Shown: positions 36,894-48,954, counted from the first letter of the stretch. The stretch is 64,000 bases of DNA from Candidatus Falkowbacteria bacterium RIFOXYC2_FULL_36_12 (GCA_001778235.1 MFGJ01000001.1:5152-69151), one strand, 5' to 3'. Numbers and translations are program-made. Notes: generated by a model from the letters alone, not told the origin.

Positions 36894-37167
36894 CCCTGAA
36901 ATAAATTCAGGGTGACAAGTGAGAGATCCTGAAAACAGTACCCGGAGATCCTGAAACAAGTTCAGGATGACGAGTGTAGGGTTCAGGATGACGAGTGTAG
37001 GGTTTTTGATGACGAGTGGTGTGTGGTCCCGTCACTCTGAACTTGTTTCAGAGTCTCCTGAATTGACATTAGAGGAAGGAATGGAAAAATTAATTTGAAT
37101 TTTGAAGAATTATATCCTGAAACAAGTTCAGGATGACGAGTGTAGGGTTCAGGGTGACAAGTGTGGG
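36894..37167. repeat. Intergenic array of palindromic hairpin repeats: CCTGAAACAAGTTCAGG followed by (G/A)TGAC(G/A)AGTGTAGGG.
   Basis: Units such as ATCCTGAAACAAGTTCAGGATGACGAGTGTAGGGTTCAGGATGACGAGTGTAGGG appear in both orientations (CTGAACTTGTTTCAG). They are followed by the GC-rich hairpin GCCGACCCGTTGCCGAGCAGCGGGTCGGC. The same family lies inside the CDS at 53985..54238. Confidence 0.8.
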
Positions 37168-37263
37168 AAATAAAAACAGCCGACCCGTTGCCGAGCAGCG
37201 GGTCGGCGGAGAGACCTAACTTTCCCTTGATTTTTTAGCAAATTTAAAGTATAATAGGCTCAT

Positions 37264-38415
37264 ATGAAATACTTTTTCCAAGTAGGAAATCATCCAAAAT
37301 TAGCTAAATCAGAGCTGGAAGCTGTGCTAAGACGAGAAAATATTGACTTTGAAATCAGTTTTGTAATTGAGAATATAATTGTACTTGAAACAAAGATTAC
37401 TTTAGAAAAAAACTTGCTGAAATTGCTGGGAGGTTTTGTGAAATTTGGGATTATTGAATTTGAAACCACAAGAAATAATTTACAAAAAGATATTTTTCAG
37501 TACTTGATAAAATACAATTATGAAAAAATATTTTTTGGTTTGAATAATTTCACATCGGAAAATTTGAAACTGAATAAAATCGGACTAGAGCTAAAAAAAG
37601 AATTGAAAAATAGTAATAAAAATTGCCGTTTTGTCAGTGGGGTGGAAAATCCGCTCTCAAGTGTGATAATTCACAAAAATAATCTAGACAAAGAAAATGG
37701 CTTTGATTTAAATTTTATTTCTAGTGCAGATACAATATTAGTGGGAAGAACTCTGGCAGTGCAAGATTATAATTTTTATTCAAAAATTGATTATGGTAGG
37801 CCAGCCAAAGATGATCTGTCAGGTATGTTGCCACCAAAAGTCAGTCAAATAATGATCAACTTAGCTGAAATAAAAAACAACAAATTAAAAGTTCTTGATC
37901 CATTTTGTGGTTCGGGCACAATCCTACAAATGGCAGCACTTCAAGGTGTGATAAATTTAATTGGATATGACAATTCTGTAAAAGCCATAAAAGATACAAC
38001 TGAAAATCTTGATTGGCTGAAAAAATCTTTTGATTTGAAATTTAATCTTGAATTGGAGACTTTGGGGATTGAAAATCTTGAGCAAAAAATCAAAGCTGGT
38101 AGCATAGATGTCGTTGTGACAGAACCTTATCTTGGTCCAGCAATGAGAGGAAGTGAAGGAAATGACTTTGTAAAAAAAGTGCAGGAAGAATTAAGTCAGC
38201 TTTATACCAAAATGTTTACGCAATTGGAAAAAGCCTTGAAATCATCTGGAGTGATGATAATAATAATTCCAGAGATACATATAAAAGGAAAAATATACCA
38301 ATTCAACATAAATGAATTGATTGGGAACAAATTACAAGTAGAAAATGAGTGGCAATATTCAAGAGAAAAGCAAAGAGTTGTCAGAAATATTTACAAAATA
38401 AAAAAAGTGACCTGA
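37264..38415 (+). CDS. Putative SAM-dependent RNA methyltransferase (UPF0020 / THUMP-associated N2-G methylase-like).
   Basis: Motif I VLDPFCGSGTILQMAALQG and motif IV-like DVVVTEPYLGP in the C-terminal half. The N-terminal ~170 aa might be THUMP-like. A TATAAT at 37243-37248 lies upstream. Confidence 0.4.
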   Translation: MKYFFQVGNHPKLAKSELEAVLRRENIDFEISFVIENIIVLETKITLEKNLLKLLGGFVKFGIIEFETTRNNLQKDIFQYLIKYNYEKIFFGLNNFTSENLKLNKIGLELKKELKNSNKNCRFVSGVENPLSSVIIHKNNLDKENGFDLNFISSADTILVGRTLAVQDYNFYSKIDYGRPAKDDLSGMLPPKVSQIMINLAEIKNNKLKVLDPFCGSGTILQMAALQGVINLIGYDNSVKAIKDTTENLDWLKKSFDLKFNLELETLGIENLEQKIKAGSIDVVVTEPYLGPAMRGSEGNDFVKKVQEELSQLYTKMFTQLEKALKSSGVMIIIIPEIHIKGKIYQFNINELIGNKLQVENEWQYSREKQRVVRNIYKIKKVT

Positions 38416-38436
38416 AGAGGTCGCTTTTTTATATTA

Positions 38437-39447
38437 TTATTTCTTTTTTTTAACTCGATGTTTAATTTGATCAACGATTCTACGCATCTTGGATTTACCA
38501 CGCTTCAAAGCTAATTCCTCAAACAGTATCGACCAGACAGTGACCTGGAAGGTGGTATAACCTGAACCGAATACAGCAATAATAGCTAAAGCAAGGATAA
38601 CTATTAAAACTACAAGTAAACCTAAACCGCCACTTAGTGACATCAAGACCATCATTAAATAAAGCAAAATAAATGGAGACAAGACAAACACAGCAAAAAC
38701 TATAGCAAGCAAACCGATTAAGATATTGAGTAGAAACAAGATAAAGCCCATTTCAATATTGAGTAACATGTTTTGCTTGAAAATATACCAAGCATAACGA
38801 ATTGAGACAAAAATTCCTTTGTCGCGCAGAACAATAAAAGCTGAAGCGTAGATAGTGAGGAAATATATTATAATACCCAGTAGCAGTAAAACTAAAAATG
38901 AAACTATGTACAAGGCATAAGCAATCCAACTGGTTTGGGCGATATATAGAGAAACCAGGAAAGCAATAAAAATTACAAAGCCGGTCATAACTACTCGGGT
39001 AATTATATTCAAGCCTAGGACAGGCCAGAATTTGTGTATACCCAAGCTGAATGCTTGTTTGAATGAAATTTTCTTGTTTTGATCGAGAGTTATGGCTGAT
39101 TTAATCAAACTAATCTGCGAAACAATGGCTAAAATTATTATCAACGAAGCGACTAACATCACAAACAAGATAGTGAAAAGTGATAAACTGAAAGAAACAG
39201 TATCTGTCTGCCAAAGATCAATTAACTTGGTCCAAGAAAAAGTACTGAAAATACCAGTATTGGCATATTGCCTCAAGGTGTAATAAATACTCCGACCTTC
39301 GGACATGTCATTGAAGCTACGAATGATTGCTTCATAAAAACTGGCATTGCCAAGAAAAGTGGCGAAGAAGCCAAAGAGCCACAACCAGCGGAAACGCCAA
39401 GTCACTCTCCATGAACGAAACAATATTTGTCGATAAAATTTTTCCAT
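38437..39447 (-). CDS. Hypothetical polytopic membrane protein with a Lys-rich C-terminus.
   Basis: 336 aa, 6-8 TM helices. The AGCGAG repeat sits immediately 5' of its start. Confidence 0.45.
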   Translation of the reverse strand: MEKFYRQILFRSWRVTWRFRWLWLFGFFATFLGNASFYEAIIRSFNDMSEGRSIYYTLRQYANTGIFSTFSWTKLIDLWQTDTVSFSLSLFTILFVMLVASLIIILAIVSQISLIKSAITLDQNKKISFKQAFSLGIHKFWPVLGLNIITRVVMTGFVIFIAFLVSLYIAQTSWIAYALYIVSFLVLLLLGIIIYFLTIYASAFIVLRDKGIFVSIRYAWYIFKQNMLLNIEMGFILFLLNILIGLLAIVFAVFVLSPFILLYLMMVLMSLSGGLGLLVVLIVILALAIIAVFGSGYTTFQVTVWSILFEELALKRGKSKMRRIVDQIKHRVKKKK

Positions 39448-39626
39448 AATTTTTTACAAGCGAGAAAAGCAAGATAAATCAGATAAGAACAAGGTTATCC
39501 TACCTGCTTTTCAATGACTTTTTAATATTGCATTAATTATATCACAATTTGCAGGAATAAAGAAAAAGTTGTGGAAAAAAAGATACTGCCTTTGAAGCAG
39601 TATCTTTTTTATTGAAAAATTGTATG

Positions 39627-41465
39627 TTATTTATTTTCTCGGCTAACTTTTGGGCCACATATTTCTATGAAACGATCTTTTTCAATTGTTTCTTTCTCTA
39701 TAAGTTCAGCAACTATTGCCTCTAGCTTATCACGATGATTTTCTAATATTTTTTTGTCGGTTTCAACTGCATCAAAGATTAATTGGTCTATTTCCGTGTC
39801 AATCTCTTCAGCAATTTTTTCAGAATAATTTCGCTGTTCCCTAATATCTCGTCCTAAAAAGATTAATTCTTCTTTCTCACCGTAAATACGGGGAACCAAT
39901 TTATCACTCATACCATAACGAGTAATAAGTCTTCTGGCTGTCTTGGTAGCTTTTTCCAAATCATTGGATGCACCGGTGGTGACTTCGGAGAAAATCACCT
40001 TTTCAGTTGTATGCCCGGCAAGCAAAACAGCAATATTGTCAATAAATTCTGACTTTTTATGTAGATATTTATCGCTTTCTGGCAAACTAAGCGTATAACC
40101 AGCGGCATGACCGCGAGAAATAATAGAAACTTTGTGAACAGGATCAGCGTTTGGCAAGAGGTGAGCAACAAGAGCGTGTCCAGCTTCGTGATAAGCTGTA
40201 ATCTTTTTTTCTTGCTCGGACAAAACATGACTCTTCCGTTCTGGTCCAATCATTACTTTTTCAATACTGTTTAATAATTCTGATTGTGTTATCTTTTTTA
40301 GATTGTTTCTAGCAGCAAGAATGGCGGCTTCGTTTAGTACATTTTCTAAATCTGCACCAGACATACCAGATGTTCGTTCAGCAACATGACGAAGATTTAC
40401 ATCTTGTTCAGTTGGCTTGTTCCGCATATGCACTTGTAAAATTTCTTCTCGATCGTTTATATCTGGTAAATCGAGGACAACTTGACGATCAAAGCGACCA
40501 GGTCGAAGCAGAGCTGGATCAAGAACATCAGGACGATTGGTGGCGGCCATAACAATAACATTGGCATTCGGCTCAAAGCCATCCATTTCTGTCAAAATCT
40601 GGTTAAGAGTTTGTTCTCTCTCATCATGTGAGCCTCCAAGTCCTGAACCGCGTTGACGACCAACTGCATCAATTTCATCAACAAAAACAATAGCTGGAGC
40701 ATTTTTCTTGGCTCGATTAAATAAATCTCGCACGCGTGAAGCGCCAACACCAACAAACATTTCTACAAATTCTGAACCTGAAATAGAAAGAAAAGGCACA
40801 CCAGCTTCTCCGGCAACGGCCTTGGCTAATAATGTTTTTCCTGTGCCCGGAGGTCCCATCAGAAGGACACCCTTTGGGATTTTGGCACCAAGGGCTAAAA
40901 ATTTTTTCGGGTTTTTTAGAAAATCAACAATTTCCAAAAGTTCTTCTTTGGCCTCTTTGACACCAGCAACATTTTTGAAAGTTGTTTTTGTTTTACTATC
41001 TTTTTTTTGTTCACGCGCTTTGCTAAGACCAAAACTCATAGCATTTTTATTGGCACCTTGAACTTGTCGAAGCATAAACCAAAGCAATAGCCCAATAAAG
41101 AAAACCATTAGCAGTGTTGGAAGAAGGCTCTTCATTAGCATAGAAAAAGTATCTTCTTTGACAACTTCACGAGAAAACTTTGTCAGTTTGTCCGGTGAAA
41201 TCTCATAACTTGAAAGCAGTTCAGAAAAAGATTCTATATCTTCTTTATAAACCGACTGATTTGTCCCATCAAGTAAAGTGATATTCAACTTATTTCCCTG
41301 AACTGCTATTTTATCAATTTTCTCATCATTTATTTCCTGCACCATTTTCTGAATATCAATATTTTCAACTGGTTCAGAATCCAGGTTATATAAACTAAAT
41401 AATGATGCAATCGCAAGGACAACAATGAAGAATATTGCAATATTTTTTAGTATACTTTTTTTCAT
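39627..41465 (-). CDS. ftsH: ATP-dependent zinc metalloprotease FtsH.
   Basis: Walker [12 protein letters not shown], and zinc-binding HEAGHA. Two N-terminal TM segments. Confidence 0.9.
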   Translation of the reverse strand: MKKSILKNIAIFFIVVLAIASLFSLYNLDSEPVENIDIQKMVQEINDEKIDKIAVQGNKLNITLLDGTNQSVYKEDIESFSELLSSYEISPDKLTKFSREVVKEDTFSMLMKSLLPTLLMVFFIGLLLWFMLRQVQGANKNAMSFGLSKAREQKKDSKTKTTFKNVAGVKEAKEELLEIVDFLKNPKKFLALGAKIPKGVLLMGPPGTGKTLLAKAVAGEAGVPFLSISGSEFVEMFVGVGASRVRDLFNRAKKNAPAIVFVDEIDAVGRQRGSGLGGSHDEREQTLNQILTEMDGFEPNANVIVMAATNRPDVLDPALLRPGRFDRQVVLDLPDINDREEILQVHMRNKPTEQDVNLRHVAERTSGMSGADLENVLNEAAILAARNNLKKITQSELLNSIEKVMIGPERKSHVLSEQEKKITAYHEAGHALVAHLLPNADPVHKVSIISRGHAAGYTLSLPESDKYLHKKSEFIDNIAVLLAGHTTEKVIFSEVTTGASNDLEKATKTARRLITRYGMSDKLVPRIYGEKEELIFLGRDIREQRNYSEKIAEEIDTEIDQLIFDAVETDKKILENHRDKLEAIVAELIEKETIEKDRFIEICGPKVSRENK

Positions 41466-41493
41466 AGCGTAATACTTTTTTTAAAGTTAGATA

Positions 41494-44400
41494 TTACTTA
41501 ATTTCAGTCTCTGTAGCCCTTGCCATATCCTCCATATTACTTTTTTCTTTTTCAGTAGGAATATGAGCAGTACCTCGAGCTAGATCTTCAACTGTTGCAC
41601 CGAAGCCTGTACCTGCAGGAATTAATCTACCAATAATAATATTTTCTTTCAGACCTTCAAGTCTGTCAATCTTTCCGGTTACAGCGGCGTTGATCAAGAC
41701 TCTAGCTGTTTCTTGGAAGGAGGCAGCTGCGAGGAAACTCTTGGTTGAAAGGGAAACTTTTGATATGCCTAAAAATACTTCACGGTACTCTGCTAATCTG
41801 CCTTTTTCTTTTGCTGTTTTCTGATTTTCCTCAATTAGTTCAGAATACTCAACTATTTCACCCTCTAATAAATTTGTATCGCCAGGATCTTCAACATAAA
41901 CACGAGAAAACATTTGTTTAACAATGGTTTCAACATGCTTATCATTCAATGGCTGACCCTGTGACTTATAAATGTATTGAATTTCTTTCAAAATATATTT
42001 TTCAACCGCTTGTCTGCCTTTTAGTTTGTACAACTGTTCTAGAGCCAAACTTCCTTCAGTCAACTGGTCACCTTTTTCAATTTCAACGCCATCCCTAACC
42101 CACAAAACTGTACCGGCTGGAATAACATATTCTCTCTCCATTTGGACAGTGCCACTGACAACAAGCTCTTTATCAGATAACCTTATTGTACCTGATTTGC
42201 CGGTTTTAACTTTTTTCTTATTGGCATCAACATAGAGAACATCATTGTCTTTGACCAAATCTCCATCTTTGACTTTCAGTTTCAAGGCAGAAATATCTTT
42301 GAACTTATGGACCTCGTCTTCTTTGTTTTCATAAGAAACCTTGATAATTTTTTCACCAAATGAAGTTCTGGCGATTATATCTCCTTTTGGTCCCTTGATT
42401 GTTCTTGGTTGTTCAACAATCGAAACTTTTCCGCCAACTTCACTAAGAAGCGCTTTTTTCTTTGGACTGCGAGCCTCAAAAACTTCTTCAACTCGAGGAA
42501 GACCTTGGGTGATATCATCTCCGCCAGCAACACCTCCAGTATGGAAGGTTCTCATTGTCAGCTGTGTACCAGGTTCACCAATACTTTGAGCCGCAATAAT
42601 ACCAACTGCAGTTCCCATCTTTACTTCTCGATTGTAAGCTAAATCAAAACCATAGCATTTTCGACAAACACCTCGTGGTAGTTTACAACTTAGAACAGAT
42701 CTAACATTGGCAGAGTCTAATTCAAGTTTATCAAGTTTACGAGCAATCTCATCGGTAATTACCTCACCTTTTTTAACAATAGCTTTGCCTTTGGCGTCTT
42801 TTATATCGGACAAGAGATAGCGACCAACTATTCTTTCAATCAAAGTCTGATTCATTTGTTCGCTTTCTTCTTTGGTAAAAATTTTACCTTCTGTATCACC
42901 ACAATCTTCTTTTACGACAATCACATCTTGGGCAACATCGACTAAACGACGAGTCAGATATCCAGCACCAGCTGTACGCAAAGCTGTATCGGTCAAACCT
43001 TTTCGAGAACCGTGACTAGAAATATAATATTCAAGGACACTGAATCCTTCTCGGAAATTTGCTTTTACCGGTAATTCAATAATCTGACCAGCCGGGTTTG
43101 TCACCAAACCTTTCATACCCATCATCTGTGTCAACTGTCCCCATGAACCACGGGAACCAGAATTAATCATAGTGTAAACTGGACCATTTTTATCAAGTGC
43201 ATCCTTGGTTAAAGCAGTAACTCGATCCTTAACATCGGTCCAGGTTTCAATAACTTTTGTATATCTTTCGTCAGGAGTCAATAATCCATTATTAAACTGT
43301 TCATTGATTACTTCAACACGACCATTTCCCTCGTCAACTAATTCAGTTTTACCCTTTACTTCTGGGGTATCTTTCATGCCCCAAGAAAATCCAGCTTTTG
43401 TAAGTTGTTTATAACCGAAATTCTTGACACGATCCAAAACACCGGCAACTTCAACAAAAGTATACTGTTCAAGACAAAGCTTGATAATTGCGCCCATTCT
43501 TTTTTTATCTACTTCTTCATTGAAAAAATCAACTTTATCAGGTAGAAGTTCATTAAAAAGAATTCTGCCCAGACAGGTTTCAAGCATATCTTGCTTAACC
43601 TTACCTCTTAAGACTTTATTATTTGAGACTTTTATCAAAATTTTGTCTCTTAATGATATTTTGCGTAAAGCATAAGCCAACTTAGCCTCCTCAACATCAG
43701 CAAAAGTTTTGATTGGCTTTGGTTGGTCTTCTCTCATCAGAGTTACATAATAACAACCCCAAACCATATCAAGTGACGGTGTTGCAATCGGATTACCGGT
43801 TGCAGGTTTTAACAAATTATTGGTTGACAACATCAAATCACGAGCTTCTTGTTTGGCTTCTTCAGTTAGAGGAACATGCACAGCCATCTGGTCTCCATCA
43901 AAGTCAGCATTGAAGGCAGAACAAACCAAAGGATGAAGCTGAATAGCTTTTCCTTCAATCAAGATTGGACGAAATGCTTGGATACCAAGTCGATGCAAAG
44001 TTGGAGCACGATTTAACATAACTAGGGCACTTTTGATAATATCTTCAAGAATATCCCAGACTTCTGGTCGATCAGCTTCAATAAATCTATTGGCACTCCT
44101 GATATTATGTACATACTCTTCTTTTATCAGACGACTTATAACAAATGGCTTGAATAGTTCTAAAGCCATTTTCTTTGGTAAACCACATTGATCCAAAGTT
44201 AAATTTGGTCCGACCACGATAACGCTTCGTCCTGAATAATCAATTCTTTTACCAAGCAAATTCTGACGGAAACGACCTTGTTTACCCTTCAAATAATCTG
44301 CAATTGATTTCAAACTTCTTTTTTGACCGGTTGAAGCAGTAGTTGTCTTGGTGTGACGGGCAGAATTGTCAATCAAAGCGTCTACAGCTTCCTGGAGCAT

Positions 44401-45483
44401 GCGCTTTTCATTACGACAAATTACTTCTGGAGCGTTTAATTCAGCCAACCGCTTCAAACGATTGTTTCGGCTGATAATTCGTCGATACAAATCATTTAAA
44501 TCACTGGTAGCAAAACGACCACCATCAAGTGGAACCATAGGACGCAAATCAGGAGGAATAACAGGCACAGCATTTAACACAGTCCATTCGGGTTTTAGAT
44601 TATTTTTAAATAAACTTTTTAATAGTTTTACACGATTTATTATTTTTTTCTTTTTTGTTCCCTTTTCATCATGTTCAATTTCTGATTCAAGTGCGAGAAC
44701 GGTTTTTTCTAAATCAAATCTCTGTAATAATTTATAAATTGCCTCGGCTCCAATTCCTGCTTCAAAAACATGGCCATAGCGCAATGATAAATCGTGAAAC
44801 TGTGATTCACTAATAATACTTAACACTTTTAAATCTTTTAATTCTTTTTCAGCAGAACTAAAATTTTCCTTGAGGTCTTCCTCTTCATTTAGGTGCCAAG
44901 ATTCCAATTTTTTTAATTCATCCTTTCTCTCCTTGGACTTCAAATCAGCGCTTTCCAAAACATTTAATTTTTGTTTGTGCTGACCCTCAATATTTTTCAT
45001 TTTTGATCTGTATTCCTTTTGAAGATTGTCTAATTCTTCTTTCTTAGCTTCCTCGTCGATTTCAGTAACAATAAAGCTGGCAAAGTAAATAACTTTTTCC
45101 AATTTTTGCACAGACATATCCAAAACTAATCCAATTTTACTTGGAACTCCACGCAAAAACCAGATATGTGTTACAGGAGAGGCTAGATCAATGTGCCCCA
45201 TTCTCTGGCGACGAACCACTGAACGAGTAACCTCTACTCCGCATTTATCACAAACAATTCCCTTGTATCTAATTTTTTTATACTTACCACAATAACATTC
45301 CCAATCTTTACTTGGACCAAAAATTTTCTCACAGAATAGTCCATCTTTTTCTGGTTTTTGGGTTCGGTAATTGATTGTTTCAGGTCGGGTCACTTCACCA
45401 TGAGACCAAGACCGTATGTCATCTGGAGAAGCGAGTTTTAATCGGATTGAATCAAAATCGCTTATTTTTAATGCTTCACCCAT
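41494..45483 (-). CDS. rpoC: DNA-directed RNA polymerase subunit beta'.
   Basis: NADFDGDQMAVHVPL catalytic motif, a zinc-binding Cys cluster and the trigger-loop region. 1329 aa. Confidence 0.95.
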   Translation of the reverse strand: MGEALKISDFDSIRLKLASPDDIRSWSHGEVTRPETINYRTQKPEKDGLFCEKIFGPSKDWECYCGKYKKIRYKGIVCDKCGVEVTRSVVRRQRMGHIDLASPVTHIWFLRGVPSKIGLVLDMSVQKLEKVIYFASFIVTEIDEEAKKEELDNLQKEYRSKMKNIEGQHKQKLNVLESADLKSKERKDELKKLESWHLNEEEDLKENFSSAEKELKDLKVLSIISESQFHDLSLRYGHVFEAGIGAEAIYKLLQRFDLEKTVLALESEIEHDEKGTKKKKIINRVKLLKSLFKNNLKPEWTVLNAVPVIPPDLRPMVPLDGGRFATSDLNDLYRRIISRNNRLKRLAELNAPEVICRNEKRMLQEAVDALIDNSARHTKTTTASTGQKRSLKSIADYLKGKQGRFRQNLLGKRIDYSGRSVIVVGPNLTLDQCGLPKKMALELFKPFVISRLIKEEYVHNIRSANRFIEADRPEVWDILEDIIKSALVMLNRAPTLHRLGIQAFRPILIEGKAIQLHPLVCSAFNADFDGDQMAVHVPLTEEAKQEARDLMLSTNNLLKPATGNPIATPSLDMVWGCYYVTLMREDQPKPIKTFADVEEAKLAYALRKISLRDKILIKVSNNKVLRGKVKQDMLETCLGRILFNELLPDKVDFFNEEVDKKRMGAIIKLCLEQYTFVEVAGVLDRVKNFGYKQLTKAGFSWGMKDTPEVKGKTELVDEGNGRVEVINEQFNNGLLTPDERYTKVIETWTDVKDRVTALTKDALDKNGPVYTMINSGSRGSWGQLTQMMGMKGLVTNPAGQIIELPVKANFREGFSVLEYYISSHGSRKGLTDTALRTAGAGYLTRRLVDVAQDVIVVKEDCGDTEGKIFTKEESEQMNQTLIERIVGRYLLSDIKDAKGKAIVKKGEVITDEIARKLDKLELDSANVRSVLSCKLPRGVCRKCYGFDLAYNREVKMGTAVGIIAAQSIGEPGTQLTMRTFHTGGVAGGDDITQGLPRVEEVFEARSPKKKALLSEVGGKVSIVEQPRTIKGPKGDIIARTSFGEKIIKVSYENKEDEVHKFKDISALKLKVKDGDLVKDNDVLYVDANKKKVKTGKSGTIRLSDKELVVSGTVQMEREYVIPAGTVLWVRDGVEIEKGDQLTEGSLALEQLYKLKGRQAVEKYILKEIQYIYKSQGQPLNDKHVETIVKQMFSRVYVEDPGDTNLLEGEIVEYSELIEENQKTAKEKGRLAEYREVFLGISKVSLSTKSFLAAASFQETARVLINAAVTGKIDRLEGLKENIIIGRLIPAGTGFGATVEDLARGTAHIPTEKEKSNMEDMARATETEIK

Positions 45484-45603
45484 ATTTTTGAAAGCGAGAA
45501 CAGCGAGTTAAGCGAGGTAAGCAAATGAAGTAAAAATGAGACTTATTTGCTGTACTAGCTGTATCAGCTGAACTGACTATATATTTATATATAATTTATT
45601 GAT

Positions 45604-48600
45604 TTATCTTTGATCACGATTTCCTTCGTTTTCTCCATCATTGTCCTGATAATCAATTGTTTTTCCACCTTTCATGAGTTCAACATCCAGACATAAACCT
45701 TTTAATTCTCGGATTAAAACATTGAATGATTCTGGAACATTCAAACGACGAATCGGTTCACCCTTGATAATTGATTCATAGGCTTTGGCGCGACCTAAAA
45801 CATCATCTGACTTAATGGTCAAAATTTCTTGCAAAGTATGGGCGGCACCATAAGCTTCCAAAGCCCAAACTTCCATTTCTCCAAATCTCTGACCACCAAA
45901 TTGGGCTTTACCTCCAAGAGGTTGCTGGGTGATTAATGAGTATGGACCAATTGATCGTTGGTGAATCTTGTCATCAACCATATGATTTAATTTCAAAATA
46001 TAGTTGTACCCGACAGTAACCTGGTGATCAAATTGTTCTCCGGTTTTTCCATTTGTCAGTGTAATCTGGCCACTTTCAGGATAACCGGCTTTTTTCAATT
46101 CTTCCTGAATTGTTTCTTCAGATATCCCATTGAAAACAGGGGTAGCAACTTTGTAACCAAGTTTGTGAGCAGCAAGACCTAAATGAGTTTCTAATATCTG
46201 ACCCAAATTCATACGAGAAGCAATACCAAGCGGTGTCAGTAGAACTTCAAGAGGTGTACCATCTTCCATGAATGGCATATCTTCAACCGGAACGACCCTC
46301 GAAATAACACCTTTGTTTCCGTGTCGACCAGCAAGTTTATCACCGACCTGAACTTTTCGTAGGTTGGCGACTGAAATTTGGATTGTTTTTATAACGCCAG
46401 GTGAAAGCTTATCACCATTTTCTTGAGAAAAGATTTTTATATCAACCACTTTACCTTGTTCTCCATGTTCCAACCGAAGTGAAGTATCTCGAACATCACG
46501 AGCTTTTTCACCAAAAATAGCTTTGAGCAATTTTTCTTCAGCTGAAAGCTCGGTTTCACCCTTTGGAGTAATTTTTCCAACAAGAATATCACCTGATTGG
46601 ACAAATGCGCCCACTCGGACAATGCCTTCAGCATCAAGATTGTTTAGTTTTTCTTCAGAAATATTTGGAATATCTGAAGTTACCATTTCTGAACCAAGCT
46701 TTGTTTCTCGAACATCGATAGAATAGTTATCAATATGAATTGAAGAGAATGTATCTCTTTGAACAACTTTTTCTGAAATAACAATCGCGTCTTCATAATT
46801 GAAACCTTCATACGCCATGTAACCGACGAGAACATTCTGTCCAAGTGCCAATTCTCCTTTGTCAACTGATGGACCATCAGCAATTACTTGGCCTTTTTTG
46901 ATTTTGTCACCCAAATCAACAATCGGCATCTGATTTAGACTGGTTGATGAGTTGGAACAAATATATTTATTTAGGGAATGAGTTTTGGTTTTTCCATCCT
47001 TGTATTTTATTCTAATGGCGTCACCTTGGACACCGACAACCTCACCATCTTGCTCTGCGAGTAAAACATGTCCTGAATCTCTGGCGGCAACAGCTTCCAT
47101 ACCAGTACCGACAATTGGTGACTGGGGTCTAACGGTTGGGACTGCTTGCCGTTGCATGTTTGTTCCCATCAAAGCGCGGACAGCATCATCATGTTCAAGG
47201 AACGGAATCAAGGCTGTTGCAACGCTGACAATCTGATTGGATGAAACATCAACATGATCGATTTTATAAACATAATCAAAATCAGGTTTGGAATATTTTC
47301 GAAGCGGTAATTTTTCATCAAGAAAATAACCATTATCGTCAACAGGAGCAGTACTAGAGGTAGCGATTGATTTTTCTTCAATAATAGCATTTAGATAAAC
47401 AACATTGGTTGTGACTTTGTTTTCGACACTGGCATCAATTTCATCGGCGGGAACATTGCATTTATCAAGATCAACGCCCTTCACTTTATCGCCTTTTTTA
47501 AATACAACCTGATTTGTCTTTGGATCAATTAAATCTTTGGTGACTAAATGTTCAACCTGAAAATATGGAGTTTCAATAAAACCAAATTCATTGACACGAG
47601 CATAGCTGGCCAAATGACCAACAAGTCCAATATTTGGACCTTCTGGAGTAGCAATAGGACAAATACGGCCATAATGAGTGGCGTGAACATCACGAACATC
47701 AAAACCAGCTCTTTCACGGCTTAATCCGCCAGGACCCATGGCTGAAATTCTTCGTTTATGCTCCAACTCTGAAAGCGGATTGGTCTGATCCATGAACTGT
47801 GAAAGCTGTGAAGACATGAAAAATTCCTTGACAACACCAATGACCGGACGAGCATTGATTAATTTTGAAGGCGTAAGGGTTGTTGGATCCATGGTACTCA
47901 TGCGGTCCTTTACAATTCTCTCCATACGAGCAAGTCCAACTCGGAATCTATTCTGAATCAATTCACCAACTGCACGGATTCTTCTATTGCCCAAGTGATC
48001 AATATCATCAGCATCTTCTTGGGTAATATTTAATTTAATAATTTCTTTTATAACATTAACTACATCTTCAATCTTCAAAACTCTGTCTTTGTCATCCAAT
48101 TTATAATCTGTACCAAATCTTTGGTTCATTTTGTAACGACCAACTTTTCCAAAGTCATAACGCGAAAAATTGAAAAACATTGAATAAATCAGAGAACGGG
48201 CATTGTCTGGAGTAGCAAGATCGCCTGGACGAATTCTTTTATAAACTTCAATCAGACCGTCTTCAACTGTGGTTGAAATATCTTTGGCAAGAGTTGACTC
48301 AATAAATCTGATGTCTTCGTGATTATCAACATCTTTGAAATAATTTAGAATCTCTTCATTGGTTGCAACGCCAAAAGCGCGCAAAAGTGATGTGATTGCA
48401 ACTTTTCTCTTCCTGTCAATCTTGACCCAGATGACATTGTTGGCATCGGTTTCAATTTCTAGCCAGGCTCCGCGATTTGGAATAATCTTGGCGCCATAAA
48501 ATCTGCGATTTTTTTCACGAACATAGCTTGAAGTAAAGAATACTCCAGCAGAACGGATAATTTGAGAAACAATTGCTCTCTCAATTCCATTAATAATAAA

Positions 48601-48954
48601 AGTACCGCGATCGGTGATTAACGGAAAATCACCCAAAAATATTTCTTGGGTTTCTTTTTGTTTTGTCTTGGTGTTTTTCAGAGTTGCCTTGATACGAATC
48701 GGAGCTTCATAAGTAATGTTTTTACTCTTTGAAGTAACCTCATCAAATTTTGGTTCATCAAGGTAATAATCATCGAAGTGCAGTTCCAAGCCTTTTTCAG
48801 AAACATCAATGATTGGTGATATTTCTTCAAACAGTTCACCGAGCCCTTCTTTTAAAAACCAATAATATGAGTTCTTTTGAATCTCAATTAAATCCGGTGG
48901 GTCGATTGGATAAATTTTTGTGAAATACTTTCGATCAGGAGCCTTTTTGGACAT
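45604..48954 (-). CDS. rpoB: DNA-directed RNA polymerase subunit beta.
   Basis: Conserved GEMEVWALEAYGAA and the rifampicin-cluster region. 1116 aa. A candidate promoter TTGACA-N17-TAGTAT lies on the minus strand at about 49121-49155. Confidence 0.95.
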   Translation of the reverse strand: MSKKAPDRKYFTKIYPIDPPDLIEIQKNSYYWFLKEGLGELFEEISPIIDVSEKGLELHFDDYYLDEPKFDEVTSKSKNITYEAPIRIKATLKNTKTKQKETQEIFLGDFPLITDRGTFIINGIERAIVSQIIRSAGVFFTSSYVREKNRRFYGAKIIPNRGAWLEIETDANNVIWVKIDRKRKVAITSLLRAFGVATNEEILNYFKDVDNHEDIRFIESTLAKDISTTVEDGLIEVYKRIRPGDLATPDNARSLIYSMFFNFSRYDFGKVGRYKMNQRFGTDYKLDDKDRVLKIEDVVNVIKEIIKLNITQEDADDIDHLGNRRIRAVGELIQNRFRVGLARMERIVKDRMSTMDPTTLTPSKLINARPVIGVVKEFFMSSQLSQFMDQTNPLSELEHKRRISAMGPGGLSRERAGFDVRDVHATHYGRICPIATPEGPNIGLVGHLASYARVNEFGFIETPYFQVEHLVTKDLIDPKTNQVVFKKGDKVKGVDLDKCNVPADEIDASVENKVTTNVVYLNAIIEEKSIATSSTAPVDDNGYFLDEKLPLRKYSKPDFDYVYKIDHVDVSSNQIVSVATALIPFLEHDDAVRALMGTNMQRQAVPTVRPQSPIVGTGMEAVAARDSGHVLLAEQDGEVVGVQGDAIRIKYKDGKTKTHSLNKYICSNSSTSLNQMPIVDLGDKIKKGQVIADGPSVDKGELALGQNVLVGYMAYEGFNYEDAIVISEKVVQRDTFSSIHIDNYSIDVRETKLGSEMVTSDIPNISEEKLNNLDAEGIVRVGAFVQSGDILVGKITPKGETELSAEEKLLKAIFGEKARDVRDTSLRLEHGEQGKVVDIKIFSQENGDKLSPGVIKTIQISVANLRKVQVGDKLAGRHGNKGVISRVVPVEDMPFMEDGTPLEVLLTPLGIASRMNLGQILETHLGLAAHKLGYKVATPVFNGISEETIQEELKKAGYPESGQITLTNGKTGEQFDHQVTVGYNYILKLNHMVDDKIHQRSIGPYSLITQQPLGGKAQFGGQRFGEMEVWALEAYGAAHTLQEILTIKSDDVLGRAKAYESIIKGEPIRRLNVPESFNVLIRELKGLCLDVELMKGGKTIDYQDNDGENEGNRDQR

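Noticed and set aside
41494-48954. Numerous antisense or intragenic ORFs (60-120 aa) inside rpoB, rpoC, leuS, gyrA, infB, ftsH and other genes.
   Set aside because: They are fully embedded in highly conserved genes on the opposite strand or in another frame, with no independent signals. These are typical spurious ORFs.
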